A DNA stretch of 64,000 nt, taken from the NCBI GenBank assembly GCA_031555735.1, contig JAVBUE010000004.1, positions 1,790-65,789 on the forward strand, written 5' to 3'. Below are positions 27,501-36,358 of this stretch, in pieces. Position 1 is the first letter of the stretch. Each line of letters starts with the position of its first letter. The position numbers were made by a program, and so were the translations under genes. The notes under the pieces were generated by a model that did no database searches, was not told the origin of the DNA, and saw nothing but the letters and a program-made list of their open reading frames with translations. The stretch comes from Tannerellaceae bacterium (GTDB taxonomy: Bacteria; Bacteroidota; Bacteroidia; Bacteroidales; Tannerellaceae).

Positions 27501-30151
27501 TCAACCCCGTCCCCTATATCTACCGGCCGATTCCTGCATTCAATATGGGAGAGATGTTCCGTGAAAGCAGCGGATGGACACGTGCCGAGCCCCGGATGGC
27601 GGAAGTGCCTGACTATGCGTTCGACCACCTGAATTGGCAGGATGCCTTGTTTGCACCCCGGGGATCGCGCGAAGGGATAATCGCCACGTACGGGGGACCG
27701 GCATCTACCGTGATGATGAAAGCGTCGGCCAGTCAGGCAGACGCGACCATGGCGTTGCGGGCGGGCACTAATGTGGTGATGGAAGAGAGTATGGCGGCGG
27801 ATCAAACGGAAGCGACAACACCTCCTATGGTTTCCGCTCCCCTCCAACTCCGGCAGAACTTCAACGAAACGGCCTTCTTCTACCCTGCCCTGCGTACGAA
27901 TGAAGTGGGTGATGTGCTGATCCAATTCACACTGCCGGAAAGCAATACTACCTGGAAATTCCAGGCGGTGGCACATACGAAAGACCTGAGATATGGACAT
28001 CTGACCCGTGAAGTGATCTCCAATAAACCGTTTATGGTAACTCCCAACCTGCCCCGCTTCCTGCGGGAAGGCGACCGGGTGACGATCACGGCCCAATTGC
28101 TGAACCAACTCGACAAGGAGCTATCAGGCAAAGCAAGGATCGAATTATTCGATCCGGCGACCGACCGGTTACTGGATGGCTGGAATCAACCCGAACAACC
28201 GTTTACCCTCGCATCCGGGAAGACCGGGACAGTAGCGTGGACGGTTGACACACCGACGGGGATCAGCCTGGCAGGTTGCCGGATCATCGCCGAAAGCGCG
28301 GACGGGAGCGATGGCGAACAGCACCTGCTTCCTGTTCTCTCCAACCGCATCCTGGTGACGGAAAGCACACCTGTTTATCTGCTCCAGCCGGGAGAAAAAA
28401 CAATCCGCATCCCGGAAGGGAAAGGGAGCCGGGAACCTTTCCGGCTGACGATGGAGCTGACAGCCAATCCCGTATGGTATGCCGTACAGGCGTTACCCTC
28501 CCTGACACAGCCGGACAATGATAATATCCTGTCGTGGTTTGCTTCCTACTACAGCAACACCCTTGCCTCCCACATCGCATCCGCGCATCCGCGCATGCAA
28601 CGTATCATCAGCTTGTGGACGGCAGCGGGCGGCGATGCATCGACCTTACGCTCCAACCTGGAAAAGAATGAAGAACTGAAAAATATCCTGCTCGAAGAAA
28701 CGCCGTGGGTGCTGGCTGCCGATACGGAAACGGAACAGAAACAACGCCTCGCCCTCCTGTTCGACATGAACCGGGCGGCCAACCTGAAAGATGCGGCGTT
28801 GCAAAGACTCGCCGAGCAACAAACGACGGATGGCGGATGGAGCTGGTTCAAGGGGTTCCAAACCGACCGGATCATCACCCTCTCCATCGTACGGGGCATG
28901 CAGCAACTGGAACAGCTCCATGCCGCACAATGGAACGAGGCGGAACAGGCAATGCTGCAAAAAGCAATTGCCTGCCTGGACACCTATATCCGGAATGATT
29001 TTACCGCGCTGAAGAAAAACGATAAACAATGGCAGAAGGCTACTCCGTCGTCTTGGCAACTGACGTACCTGCTTGTCCGAAGCGGCCTCCGGAAAGCGCC
29101 CGTATCTGCCGAGACGCAGGAAGCGATCCGGTTCTATACGCAGCATGCCGCCAAAGACTGGAACAAATTATCGTATGCCGGAAAAGGGGAGACAGCGCTG
29201 CTGGCTCACCGCAACGGCGATAAAACGACGGCGAACGCTATCCTGGCGTGGTTGCGCAAGACAGCAACCAACTCGGAAGAGCAGGGGATGTACTGGGCGA
29301 ACAACCGGCAGGGCGACGACTTCTTCACCTCTCCCGTCGATACCCATTGCCTGTTGATGGCAGCCTTCAATGAACTGAGTCCGGACAGTAAGGAGACCGA
29401 CCGGATGAAACAGTGGTTGCTGAACCGGAAGCGTACGCAAAACTGGGGAACGGCTCCTTCGAGTATCCACGCGATCTATACACTGTTGCTGACCGGCAGC
29501 GACTGGCTGTCTGACGACAACACCCTCACCGCACAATGGGGCGGACAGACATTCACCAGCGGATCAGGCGAAACAGCGACAGGCTATCTCAAAGCGGCGG
29601 TGGAAGGAAAGGCGATCACAGCGAACACCCAGACCCTCGTCCTCCGCAAAGAAGGTAATGCGCCAGCCTGGGGCGCTATCTATAACCAGTACTTCGAATC
29701 CATCGACAAGGTAAACGCGCATAAAGGGGTTCTGAATGTGGAAAAGAAACTGTTTGTGGAGATCAACAGCGGAACCGAACGCCAGCTTCGCCCCGTAACG
29801 GCCGACACCCCGCTCCGGGTTGGCGATAAGGGGATCGTCCGGCTGACCATCCGTACCGACCGCCCCATGGATTATGTAGCCCTGAAAGATCTCCGGGCGG
29901 GTTGCTTTGAACCGGTACAGATGCTTTCCGGTTATCATTACAAGGACGGCATCGGTTACTACCAATCACCGGAAGATGTATCGGAAAACTTCTTCTTCAC
30001 CCGCTTACCCAAGGGAACCTATGTGCTGGAATATCCGGTATATGTATCCCGCCCGGGTGATTATGCAGGAGGTATCAGTACCATCCAATGTGTGTATGCG
30101 CCTGAATTCACCTCCCATACAGCCGGAGAATGGATTCTGGTACATAATTAG
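24503..30151 (+). CDS. alpha-2-macroglobulin family protein, thioester-less type
   Basis: 1882 aa. Signal peptide, a long beta-rich MG-domain region, a TED-like region with TTDGGWSWFKG, and a C-terminal receptor-binding-like domain. No C-x-E-Q motif where the TED begins (PSLTQPDNDNILSWFASYY). Confidence 0.85.
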   Translation: MKLRTLCIMLLTTGSLSWIAFSSDMQPVPQPAEAIARAMQQQQTPQLIKALITHLKGELEKDYDSFPALIGKVEEYTRTCTDPVGTALLHSMAAEMYNRYYQQNRWIIRQRTNLSAYTPDDIREWTENLFTQKIKEELAASLEPAALLQQTPSSRYKEIMDSGKDSPALRPTLYDFLIARAIDIQPTDAYYQEWLAYRRMQDNPKATLLVELDYLKYTCYQHYSEASRQAYESSLDSLYRQYAAADYSIEVLIEKVELLSGRRLLSSHRDQSAKEDSLIATQVALCKEGIARYPRYPRTASLRNMLASWETPVLQTEVSNTAYPNDSLSIRVIYTNVRDVTIRLYESKRALSEIANGYTADLKAPKGRLVKDIRISLPNSPFIQRDTTVKIPTANTGLFACVVSVPGQSLQNEHVVSISRLAAVHRLIGAQNEVLVTDFKSGKPIPQAVVTLYRSRQGGYAAQGTLATDRNGLALLPQGDKIRAFRVSLPNDTASRFVEVYSPEQPELIDQAQTTVSFFTDRSIYRPGQTVSFKGIATLIGSDRSQVVPHRTIQVSLHDANYKEIATKQLITNEFGSFHGEFTLSREALNGQFSIQTGISSIYFRVEDYKRPTFAVELDTIRGEVAFGDEVTIQGKAQAFSGMALTEGNVTWRIVSRPFWLGRGIQAAVQQVAEGNSPLAADGSFSFSFRPEKNANDPSPCYRSYEATVVVTDSKGESQETQAFFSVGDVSLVLSTDLPAMIEKDSLRMTVTAQTLNGQQAATTGTWRIAAWANTGEEHRWPWGVPYQEGKTMASGAFHTGQPLDTTPLRALPSGRYHLYLNARDSKGREVTHEQDMVLYAREDQHPPIFTPFWIVNDHTTCLPGEEASFYLGTSYQEAHILYEVFNGNVCVSRKRIVLSNEIQRFTLPFRAEWKEGAVVVFTFIKNGEMHSTNLTLERKKPDRTLAIKPITFRDRLVPGTKESWTFRITDADSRTADAEVLAGMYDASLDKLMPGSWVFNPVPYIYRPIPAFNMGEMFRESSGWTRAEPRMAEVPDYAFDHLNWQDALFAPRGSREGIIATYGGPASTVMMKASASQADATMALRAGTNVVMEESMAADQTEATTPPMVSAPLQLRQNFNETAFFYPALRTNEVGDVLIQFTLPESNTTWKFQAVAHTKDLRYGHLTREVISNKPFMVTPNLPRFLREGDRVTITAQLLNQLDKELSGKARIELFDPATDRLLDGWNQPEQPFTLASGKTGTVAWTVDTPTGISLAGCRIIAESADGSDGEQHLLPVLSNRILVTESTPVYLLQPGEKTIRIPEGKGSREPFRLTMELTANPVWYAVQALPSLTQPDNDNILSWFASYYSNTLASHIASAHPRMQRIISLWTAAGGDASTLRSNLEKNEELKNILLEETPWVLAADTETEQKQRLALLFDMNRAANLKDAALQRLAEQQTTDGGWSWFKGFQTDRIITLSIVRGMQQLEQLHAAQWNEAEQAMLQKAIACLDTYIRNDFTALKKNDKQWQKATPSSWQLTYLLVRSGLRKAPVSAETQEAIRFYTQHAAKDWNKLSYAGKGETALLAHRNGDKTTANAILAWLRKTATNSEEQGMYWANNRQGDDFFTSPVDTHCLLMAAFNELSPDSKETDRMKQWLLNRKRTQNWGTAPSSIHAIYTLLLTGSDWLSDDNTLTAQWGGQTFTSGSGETATGYLKAAVEGKAITANTQTLVLRKEGNAPAWGAIYNQYFESIDKVNAHKGVLNVEKKLFVEINSGTERQLRPVTADTPLRVGDKGIVRLTIRTDRPMDYVALKDLRAGCFEPVQMLSGYHYKDGIGYYQSPEDVSENFFFTRLPKGTYVLEYPVYVSRPGDYAGGISTIQCVYAPEFTSHTAGEWILVHN

Positions 30152-30185
30152 TACTGTTTGTACATCACGTATCATATTTTTTATG

Positions 30186-30193
30186 TACGTTTG
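30186..30193 (+). promoter_or_regulatory. -7 box TAcgTTTG for the DUF1573 genes
   Basis: 34 nt upstream of the ATG at 30227. Confidence 0.4.
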
Positions 30194-30226
30194 TGAGTTG
30201 ATTTATTATCTGATTTTTAGAAGTAT

Positions 30227-30607
30227 ATGAAACGGATTATTTTTATTTTAACAGCCATCCTGCTTGCAACGGGAATATCCTCAGCCCAGCAACAGGCCGC
30301 CGTCATCGCGACCGAACACGCTACGTTCGACTTTGGTCAGATTAAGGAAGCGGACGGAAAAGTAACACATACATTTGAAATATCCAACCAGGGCGAAAGC
30401 CCGTTGGTCATTACCCGTGTGATCGCATCCTGCGGATGTACCACTCCCGAATGGACGAAAGAGCCGATACCGGCCGGAAAAACAGGACAAATATCCATCA
30501 CATTTGACCCTGCCAGCCGCCCCGGCCCGTTCACCAAAACGATTTCGGTATATAGCAACGGGAAAACGGGTAGTTTTATCCTGACCATACGCGGGGAGGT
30601 ATTATAA
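30227..30607 (+). CDS. DUF1573 single-domain secreted protein
   Basis: 126 aa. Signal peptide, then SPLVITRVIASCGCTTPEW...PGPF.KTI.V.SNG (the ASCGCT core of DUF1573). Confidence 0.85.
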   Translation: MKRIIFILTAILLATGISSAQQQAAVIATEHATFDFGQIKEADGKVTHTFEISNQGESPLVITRVIASCGCTTPEWTKEPIPAGKTGQISITFDPASRPGPFTKTISVYSNGKTGSFILTIRGEVL

Positions 30608-30648
30608 GGTATGACTGAATGATAATTATTAAAAGGGAAAACGAATAG

Positions 30649-31758
30649 ATGCAGCGATTGAAAAGGGTGATGATAACCCTTATCGGAGCATTGTGTATGA
30701 TCGCGGCAAGCGCCCAGAACAATGCGCGGATTAGTGCGGATGTGCTTACCTATAACTTTGGGAATATTTCCGAGGGAGACGGGTTAGCCAGCCATGTGTT
30801 TACAATCAAAAATACAGGGGCAAGTCCTTTGGTGATCACCCGGATCACGGCATCGTGCGGTTGTACCCAGCCCGAATGGTCGAAAGAACCGATCCCGGCA
30901 GGCGGAACAGGTGCAGTAAAAATCACCTACAACCCGGCAGGCCGTCCCGGTCCTTTCCATAAAACGATCTCCATCTTCAGCAACGGGAATAAAGGCGCTT
31001 ATATGTTGGCCGTCCGGGGCAATGTCACGCCTAAAATCACCCAGCCGGCATTGATATATCCCTATTCTGTAGGCGATTTAAAGCTGACCACCAAGACGGT
31101 GCTGTTCAGCTCCGTCCGTCCCAACGAGACCCTGGGTGAACGGATCTATATCACCAATGATGGGCTGACCACAATCACCCTCGACGTAGGCAAACTGCCG
31201 GGATATATGTCGGCACAAGCGATCCCCGCCACGATCCAGCCTCGTGGCACCGGAGAGATCTCCATCCTGATCGACGGCAATGCAGCGAAACGGAGAGGAC
31301 GTATCGCCATGGAATTGCCCGTCACGGTGAAAAGTGCCGAAAAGGAAGAAGTATCCGGCATAATCCAGATTGCCGCCAATATGATCGATAACTTCAGCAA
31401 ACTCTCCGCCTCGGAAAAAGCGCAGGCGCCGGTAGCCGAACTGTCGAATACCCTGGTGGAATTCGGGCAGGTAGCGGAAAAAGGCAGTTTTATCCCGCTG
31501 ATCGGCGGCAAGGCATCGGTCACCTTTGACATCACGAACACAGGTAAATCCCCTTTACATATCTACAGCATCACCAGCGACGACGAACGGCTGGATATCT
31601 CAGGCGGCAGGAAAGAGCTCAAACCGGGCGCAAAAACCACGTTCAAGATATCCATTCGTCCCAAAGACGTGAAAGCGAAAATGGAAGCCTTGATCAACGT
31701 TGTCTGCAACGACCCGAACGGACCTGTTCGCCTGATCAAAGTAACAGCCTATAAATAA
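30649..31758 (+). CDS. multi-domain DUF1573 / Ig-like-fold secreted protein
   Basis: 369 aa. The N-terminal domain is 58/94 identical (hand alignment) to the preceding gene (SPLVITRITASCGCTQPEW). Two or three further Ig-like segments follow, the last DUF1573-like but lacking the Cys pair (SPLHIYSITSDDE). Confidence 0.8.
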   Translation: MQRLKRVMITLIGALCMIAASAQNNARISADVLTYNFGNISEGDGLASHVFTIKNTGASPLVITRITASCGCTQPEWSKEPIPAGGTGAVKITYNPAGRPGPFHKTISIFSNGNKGAYMLAVRGNVTPKITQPALIYPYSVGDLKLTTKTVLFSSVRPNETLGERIYITNDGLTTITLDVGKLPGYMSAQAIPATIQPRGTGEISILIDGNAAKRRGRIAMELPVTVKSAEKEEVSGIIQIAANMIDNFSKLSASEKAQAPVAELSNTLVEFGQVAEKGSFIPLIGGKASVTFDITNTGKSPLHIYSITSDDERLDISGGRKELKPGAKTTFKISIRPKDVKAKMEALINVVCNDPNGPVRLIKVTAYK

Positions 31759-31770
31759 CCCCGCACAATC

Positions 31771-32877
31771 ATGGAGCATCCGGAGAACGATGAAATGTAC
31801 AAAGGATTGAAGGTCAATAAAGGGATATCCGATGTCCCGACCGTGAATCCCTACCTGAATAAACGTATCCAGCGCAAACAATATACCCCCGCCGAATTCG
31901 TGGAGGGGATCCTGAAAGGGGATATCACCATCCTCAGCCAGGCAGTCACGCTGGTGGAAAGCGCCCGGCATGAACACCAGGCGATAGCCCAGGAAATCAT
32001 CGAGAAATGCCTTCCCCATGCCGGCAAATCCGTACGTATCGGTATTACCGGCGTACCGGGAGCGGGTAAAAGCACTTCCATAGACGCATTCGGGATGCAC
32101 TTGGTAAGACAGGGGAAGAAACTGGCGGTGTTGGCCATCGACCCCAGCAGTGAGAAGACGAAAGGCAGTATCCTGGGTGATAAAACACGGATGGAAGAGC
32201 TGTCGCGTGAAAAGAATGCCTTTATCCGCCCTTCACCTTCCGCCGGATCGTTGGGGGGTGTTGCCCGTAAGACCCGGGAGACGGTTATCCTCTGCGAAGC
32301 CGCCGGTTTTGATACCGTCTTTATCGAAACGGTCGGCGTGGGACAAAGCGAAACGGCCGTCCATTCCATGTCCGACTTCTTCCTGCTGATCCAGTTGGCA
32401 GGCACGGGCGATGAGCTTCAGGGTATCAAGCGCGGTATTATGGAGATGGCCGACGGTATCATCATCAACAAAGCGGATGGCGACAATATCGACAAAGCCA
32501 ACCTTGCCGCCGCCCAATTCCGCAATGCCCTGCACCTCTTCCCGCAGACCGAATCCGGCTGGGTACCCGAAGTGCTCACCTACTCGGGCTACTTCAGCAT
32601 CGGCATCCCGGAGATCTGGGAAATGGTGGACAGGTATGTAGCCCATACCCAGGCCAACGGTTTCTTTCGCCATAAACGGAACGAACAGGCAAAATACTGG
32701 ATGTACGAAAGCATCAACGAATTCCTGCGCGACAACTTCTACCACAATACCGCCATCGAGCAACTGCTGCCCGTCACCGAGCTACAGGTACTGAACAATG
32801 AGATCAGCTCCTTTGTCGGCGCCCGCCGCATGCTGGATCTCTACCTCGATTCTTTATCGGCGAAGAAGGCAGATTGA
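31771..32877 (+). CDS. meaB: methylmalonyl-CoA-mutase-associated G3E GTPase (MeaB/ArgK)
   Basis: 368 aa. GVPGAGKSTSIDAFG, AIDPSS, ETVGVGQSE, INKADG. Confidence 0.9.
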   Translation: MEHPENDEMYKGLKVNKGISDVPTVNPYLNKRIQRKQYTPAEFVEGILKGDITILSQAVTLVESARHEHQAIAQEIIEKCLPHAGKSVRIGITGVPGAGKSTSIDAFGMHLVRQGKKLAVLAIDPSSEKTKGSILGDKTRMEELSREKNAFIRPSPSAGSLGGVARKTRETVILCEAAGFDTVFIETVGVGQSETAVHSMSDFFLLIQLAGTGDELQGIKRGIMEMADGIIINKADGDNIDKANLAAAQFRNALHLFPQTESGWVPEVLTYSGYFSIGIPEIWEMVDRYVAHTQANGFFRHKRNEQAKYWMYESINEFLRDNFYHNTAIEQLLPVTELQVLNNEISSFVGARRMLDLYLDSLSAKKAD

Positions 32878-33072
32878 TCGCTGATCCGCTTCGTCGATCA
32901 AAACACCCGGTACAAACGGCCATCGTCCCGTTGGTCGATTCAACCCATCCCCTCGTATGGAGACCTCCACCCTTCGGTCGATAGCCGGCCAGGCAGGGTT
33001 AAACTTCCGTTTGTTTTTCCGTCAAAAGGATAAAGCAAACAATTGAAGTTTAACACATAAAAAACAAGCATC

Positions 33073-33480
33073 ATGAAACGTTTAGTAATCGCAGTAGCCG
33101 CAATGGCAATGAGTGTATCCCTGAGTTTTGCACAACGTCCGCAAATGGCAAAAGAACCGTTCGCAATCAACCTCGACAAGCTGAGCCAGTGCTTGCAACT
33201 GGAAGCGTACCAACAGGGGAAAGTAGCCGCGATCAACGCCGCATTTGCCCAGTCACAACAGGAAAACCGGTTCGCTCGCATCCCCCGGCATGCAAAAGAC
33301 AAACAGGTACGTCAACTGTATGCCACTCATCTCCAATCCATGAGAGAGGTACTGACAAACGACCAGCTCCGCACGTACACCACCATCCTGAACGCGACGT
33401 ACAACAACCAGCAGCTTCAGAACCAAGAGCTCCGTACCAACCGGTATCTGGCGGAAAGAAGAACGATCGACAGGGAATAG
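33073..33480 (+). CDS. small periplasmic helical protein, possibly Spy/CpxP-like (one LTxxQ motif)
   Basis: 135 aa. Signal MKRLVIAVAAMAMSVSLSFAQ, Gln/Ala-rich helices, VLTNDQLRTY. The family call is weak. Confidence 0.45.
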   Translation: MKRLVIAVAAMAMSVSLSFAQRPQMAKEPFAINLDKLSQCLQLEAYQQGKVAAINAAFAQSQQENRFARIPRHAKDKQVRQLYATHLQSMREVLTNDQLRTYTTILNATYNNQQLQNQELRTNRYLAERRTIDRE

Positions 33481-33561
33481 ATCATTACAGATCATCAAAG
33501 AAAACGGCAAGGTGCATGTGTGTATCAAAAGTAATCCGGCACACAGATGACACAGATTAAA

Positions 33562-33625
33562 ACAGATGACCACAGATTCTTTTAGGTTGATTATTAAATC
33601 GTCTAAAGGATCTGTGGTCATCTGT
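33562..33625. repeat. long hairpin (16 bp perfect + 5 more incl. one G-U) preceded by CACAGAT direct repeats
   Basis: ACAGATGACCACAGAT (33562-33577) is perfectly complementary to ATCTGTGGTCATCTGT (33610-33625). CACAGAT/ACAGAT occurs 4 times in 33540-33577. It lies 80 nt downstream of the 33073-33480 gene; the U-tract is poor (TTGTATCCC). Confidence 0.85.
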
Positions 33626-33704
33626 TTGTATCCCAAAAAAAGCGCTTTGTGAGTAGATAAACGTCTTTCCGTGAAGAAAATACCGGATATGAACACTTTT
33701 ATCC

Positions 33705-33712
33705 TACCTTTG
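33705..33712 (+). promoter_or_regulatory. -7 box TAccTTTG for eutH
   Basis: 14 nt upstream of the ATG at 33727. Confidence 0.4.
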
Positions 33713-33726
33713 GACATAAATATCGA

Positions 33727-34953
33727 ATGCGTATGTCAGACATCAATACTTGTATCCTGTGGATTATGATGACCTTCATGGCGATAGGCGCCATCGACCG
33801 TATATTGAACCAGTTCGGAGGATCAGCGGCTATCCTAAGCAAAATAAGACTACAACCGATCGGGAAAGCGATCGAAGGGGCAGGCATACAATTGGAGGAA
33901 GGCTTTATGGCCATGGGCGCCCTTGCCCTGGCAATGGTTGGCGTGATGGCGCTGGCGCCGGTACTGGCGCAACTGTTGGGAGGGATCGTTACCCCAATAT
34001 ACACCGCATTAGGCGCCAGTCCCGCCATGTTTGCCACCACCCTGCTCGCCATTGATATGGGAGGATACACCCTCGCGGGCGAACTGGCCGGAGGCGATAT
34101 CGCGGCATGGATGTACGCCGGCGTACTCTTAGGCTCGATGATGGGAGCCACGCTGGTATTCACCATCCCCGTCGGGCTGGGCATTATCCGGAAGGAAGAC
34201 AGACGTTTCCTCGCGATGGGTATCCTGGCAGGTATCGTCACCATCCCCGTGGGATGTATCGCAGGCGGACTGGCAGGCATGGCTTCCGATATCGTGATCA
34301 ACGGCCAGCCGGTCACATTCACCCTTTCCATGCTGGTGGTCAACATGATTCCCGTCATGCTCGTCGCCCTCCTGGTCGGCCTCGGATTGAAATACATCCC
34401 GGAACAAATGATTGCCGGTTTTCACGTATTCGCCAGGATACTGGTGGTTGTGATCACCATCGGTCTGGCCTGCGCCGTCTTACAGGATCAGACAGGCTTC
34501 GTTGTCATCCCGGGCATGGCGCCGATCTTTTCAGACACCCACGCGATCAATGGCGACTACCGCGCGATCGAAGTGATCGGCAAGATCGCATGTATCCTCC
34601 TGGGCGCATACCCGATGATGTTCCTGATTACCCGTTGGCTGCGCAAACCCCTGTTAAAGATTGGTGGAATGCTGCGGATGAACGATGCCGCGGCAGCAGG
34701 CATGGTCGCCTCCCTGGCGAACAACATCCCCATGTTCGGCCTGCTACACCGGATGGACGACCGGGGAAAAGTACTCAACGTCGCCTTCGCCGTGTCGGCT
34801 GCCTTTACGTTTGGCGACCACCTGGGCTTTGTGGCCGCGGTAGCCTCCCCCATGATCTTTCCCCTAATTGTGGGCAAACTGACGGGCGGCATAACGGCTA
34901 TCTTCGTCGCCATGCTGATCGCCCCGAAACCATCGGAAGAAAAGAAATCCTAA
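33727..34953 (+). CDS. eutH: ethanolamine transporter EutH
   Basis: 408 aa. ILWIMMTFMAIGAIDRILNQFGG...EEGFMAMGALALAMVGVMALAPVLA parallels E. coli EutH almost block for block. Confidence 0.92.
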   Translation: MRMSDINTCILWIMMTFMAIGAIDRILNQFGGSAAILSKIRLQPIGKAIEGAGIQLEEGFMAMGALALAMVGVMALAPVLAQLLGGIVTPIYTALGASPAMFATTLLAIDMGGYTLAGELAGGDIAAWMYAGVLLGSMMGATLVFTIPVGLGIIRKEDRRFLAMGILAGIVTIPVGCIAGGLAGMASDIVINGQPVTFTLSMLVVNMIPVMLVALLVGLGLKYIPEQMIAGFHVFARILVVVITIGLACAVLQDQTGFVVIPGMAPIFSDTHAINGDYRAIEVIGKIACILLGAYPMMFLITRWLRKPLLKIGGMLRMNDAAAAGMVASLANNIPMFGLLHRMDDRGKVLNVAFAVSAAFTFGDHLGFVAAVASPMIFPLIVGKLTGGITAIFVAMLIAPKPSEEKKS

Positions 34954-34969
34954 CCCATCCATACACCAG

Positions 34970-36358
34970 ATGAACTACCACACCACCATCGGGCATACCG
35001 CCTATACCTTTGGTTCTCTCCGGGAACTGATGGCGAAAGCCACTCCCGAACGTTCCGGCGACCAGTTGGCAGGCATCGCCGCACGGAGCATGGAAGAACG
35101 GGTAGCGGCACAAAGAACATTGGCCGACCTACCCCTTCCCCTCTTTCTGGAAGAGCTGCTGATCCCGTATGAGACAGACGAAGTCACCCGCCTGATCATC
35201 GACACCCACGACGACGGCGCTTTTGCCCCCGTCTCCCACCTCACCGTAGGCGGTTTCCGCAACTGGCTGCTGAGTGAACAGGCCACTCCCGAAAAACTGC
35301 GCGCCCTTGCACCGGGCATCACACCGGAAATGGCCGCCGCCGTATCCAAGCTCATGAACAACCAGGATCTGATCCTGGCAGCCAAAAAATGCCAGATAAC
35401 CACCCGCTTCCGCAACACCATCGGACTACCCGGTTGCCTATCCACACGGTTGCAACCCAATCACCCCACCGACGACCTGAAAGGCATAGCCGCCTCACTG
35501 ATCGACGGGCTTCTGTATGGAAACGGCGACGCGGTGATCGGCATCAACCCCGCAGGCGACAGTATGCCGGCTTTGGAACAGATGAGCTACCTGCTCGACG
35601 AAGTGATCAGCCGCTATCAGATACCCACCCAGTCGTGCGTGCTTACCCACGTCACCAACACCATCCAACTGATCGAAAAAAAAGTGCCGGTGGACCTCGT
35701 ATTCCAATCGATCGCCGGCACCGAAGCCGCCAACCGGGGCTTTGGCGTCAGCCTGTCCGTGCTGGACGAAGCCTGGCAAGCCGCCTTGAGCATGCGCCGT
35801 GGAACGATCGGCGACAATGTCATGTATTTTGAGACAGGACAGGGAAGCTGCCTCTCCGCCGAGGCACATCACGGAGTGGATCAGCAGACCTGCGAAGCCC
35901 GCGCCTATGCCGTAGCCCGCCGGTATCGCCCGTTGTTACTCAATACGGTGGTCGGTTTTATCGGGCCGGAATACCTGTACAATGGAAAACAGATCATCCG
36001 TGCCGGGCTCGAAGATCATTTCTGCGGGAAACTGATGGGCGTACCCATCGGCTGCGACGTATGCTATACCAACCATGCCGAAGCCGACCAGGACGATATG
36101 GACACGTTGCTCACCCTGTTGGCGGTGGCCGGTGTCACCTACATCATCGGTGTACCCGGCGCCGATGATATCATGCTCAACTACCAGAGCACCTCTTTCC
36201 ACGACGCCTTGTATATCCGGGAAGTACTGGGACTGAAACCCGCTCCCGAATTTGCCGCCTGGCTCCAACAAAGGCAACTTACAGATGCGAACGGACGGTT
36301 ACTACCCGCCTCCACATCCCAGTTAACAGAACTACCTTCATTCTTACAACACTTATGA
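34970..36358 (+). CDS. eutB: ethanolamine ammonia-lyase, large subunit
   Basis: 462 aa. YTFGSLRELMAKATPERSGDQLAGIAARSMEERVAAQ aligns with the E. coli EutB N-terminus. Confidence 0.95.
   Translation: MNYHTTIGHTAYTFGSLRELMAKATPERSGDQLAGIAARSMEERVAAQRTLADLPLPLFLEELLIPYETDEVTRLIIDTHDDGAFAPVSHLTVGGFRNWLLSEQATPEKLRALAPGITPEMAAAVSKLMNNQDLILAAKKCQITTRFRNTIGLPGCLSTRLQPNHPTDDLKGIAASLIDGLLYGNGDAVIGINPAGDSMPALEQMSYLLDEVISRYQIPTQSCVLTHVTNTIQLIEKKVPVDLVFQSIAGTEAANRGFGVSLSVLDEAWQAALSMRRGTIGDNVMYFETGQGSCLSAEAHHGVDQQTCEARAYAVARRYRPLLLNTVVGFIGPEYLYNGKQIIRAGLEDHFCGKLMGVPIGCDVCYTNHAEADQDDMDTLLTLLAVAGVTYIIGVPGADDIMLNYQSTSFHDALYIREVLGLKPAPEFAAWLQQRQLTDANGRLLPASTSQLTELPSFLQHL

Noticed and set aside
28440-28580. 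Thioester (CxEQ) site in the alpha-2-macroglobulin homolog
   Set aside because: The region where the TED begins reads ...ALPSLTQPDNDNILSWFASYYSN... with no Cys-x-Glu-Gln. DGEQ at about 28310 lacks the Cys and is out of context.
33526-33533. Minus-strand TActTTTG box pointing antisense into the 33073-33480 gene
   Set aside because: About 30 chance matches to TAnnTTTG are expected in the window. This one has no -33 element and no downstream ORF or terminator, so I did not call it.
33481-33726. Adenosylcobalamin riboswitch upstream of the eut genes
   Set aside because: I could not find a B12-box-like element (AGYCMGgAgaCCkGCc-type) or the surrounding conserved helices in this spacer.
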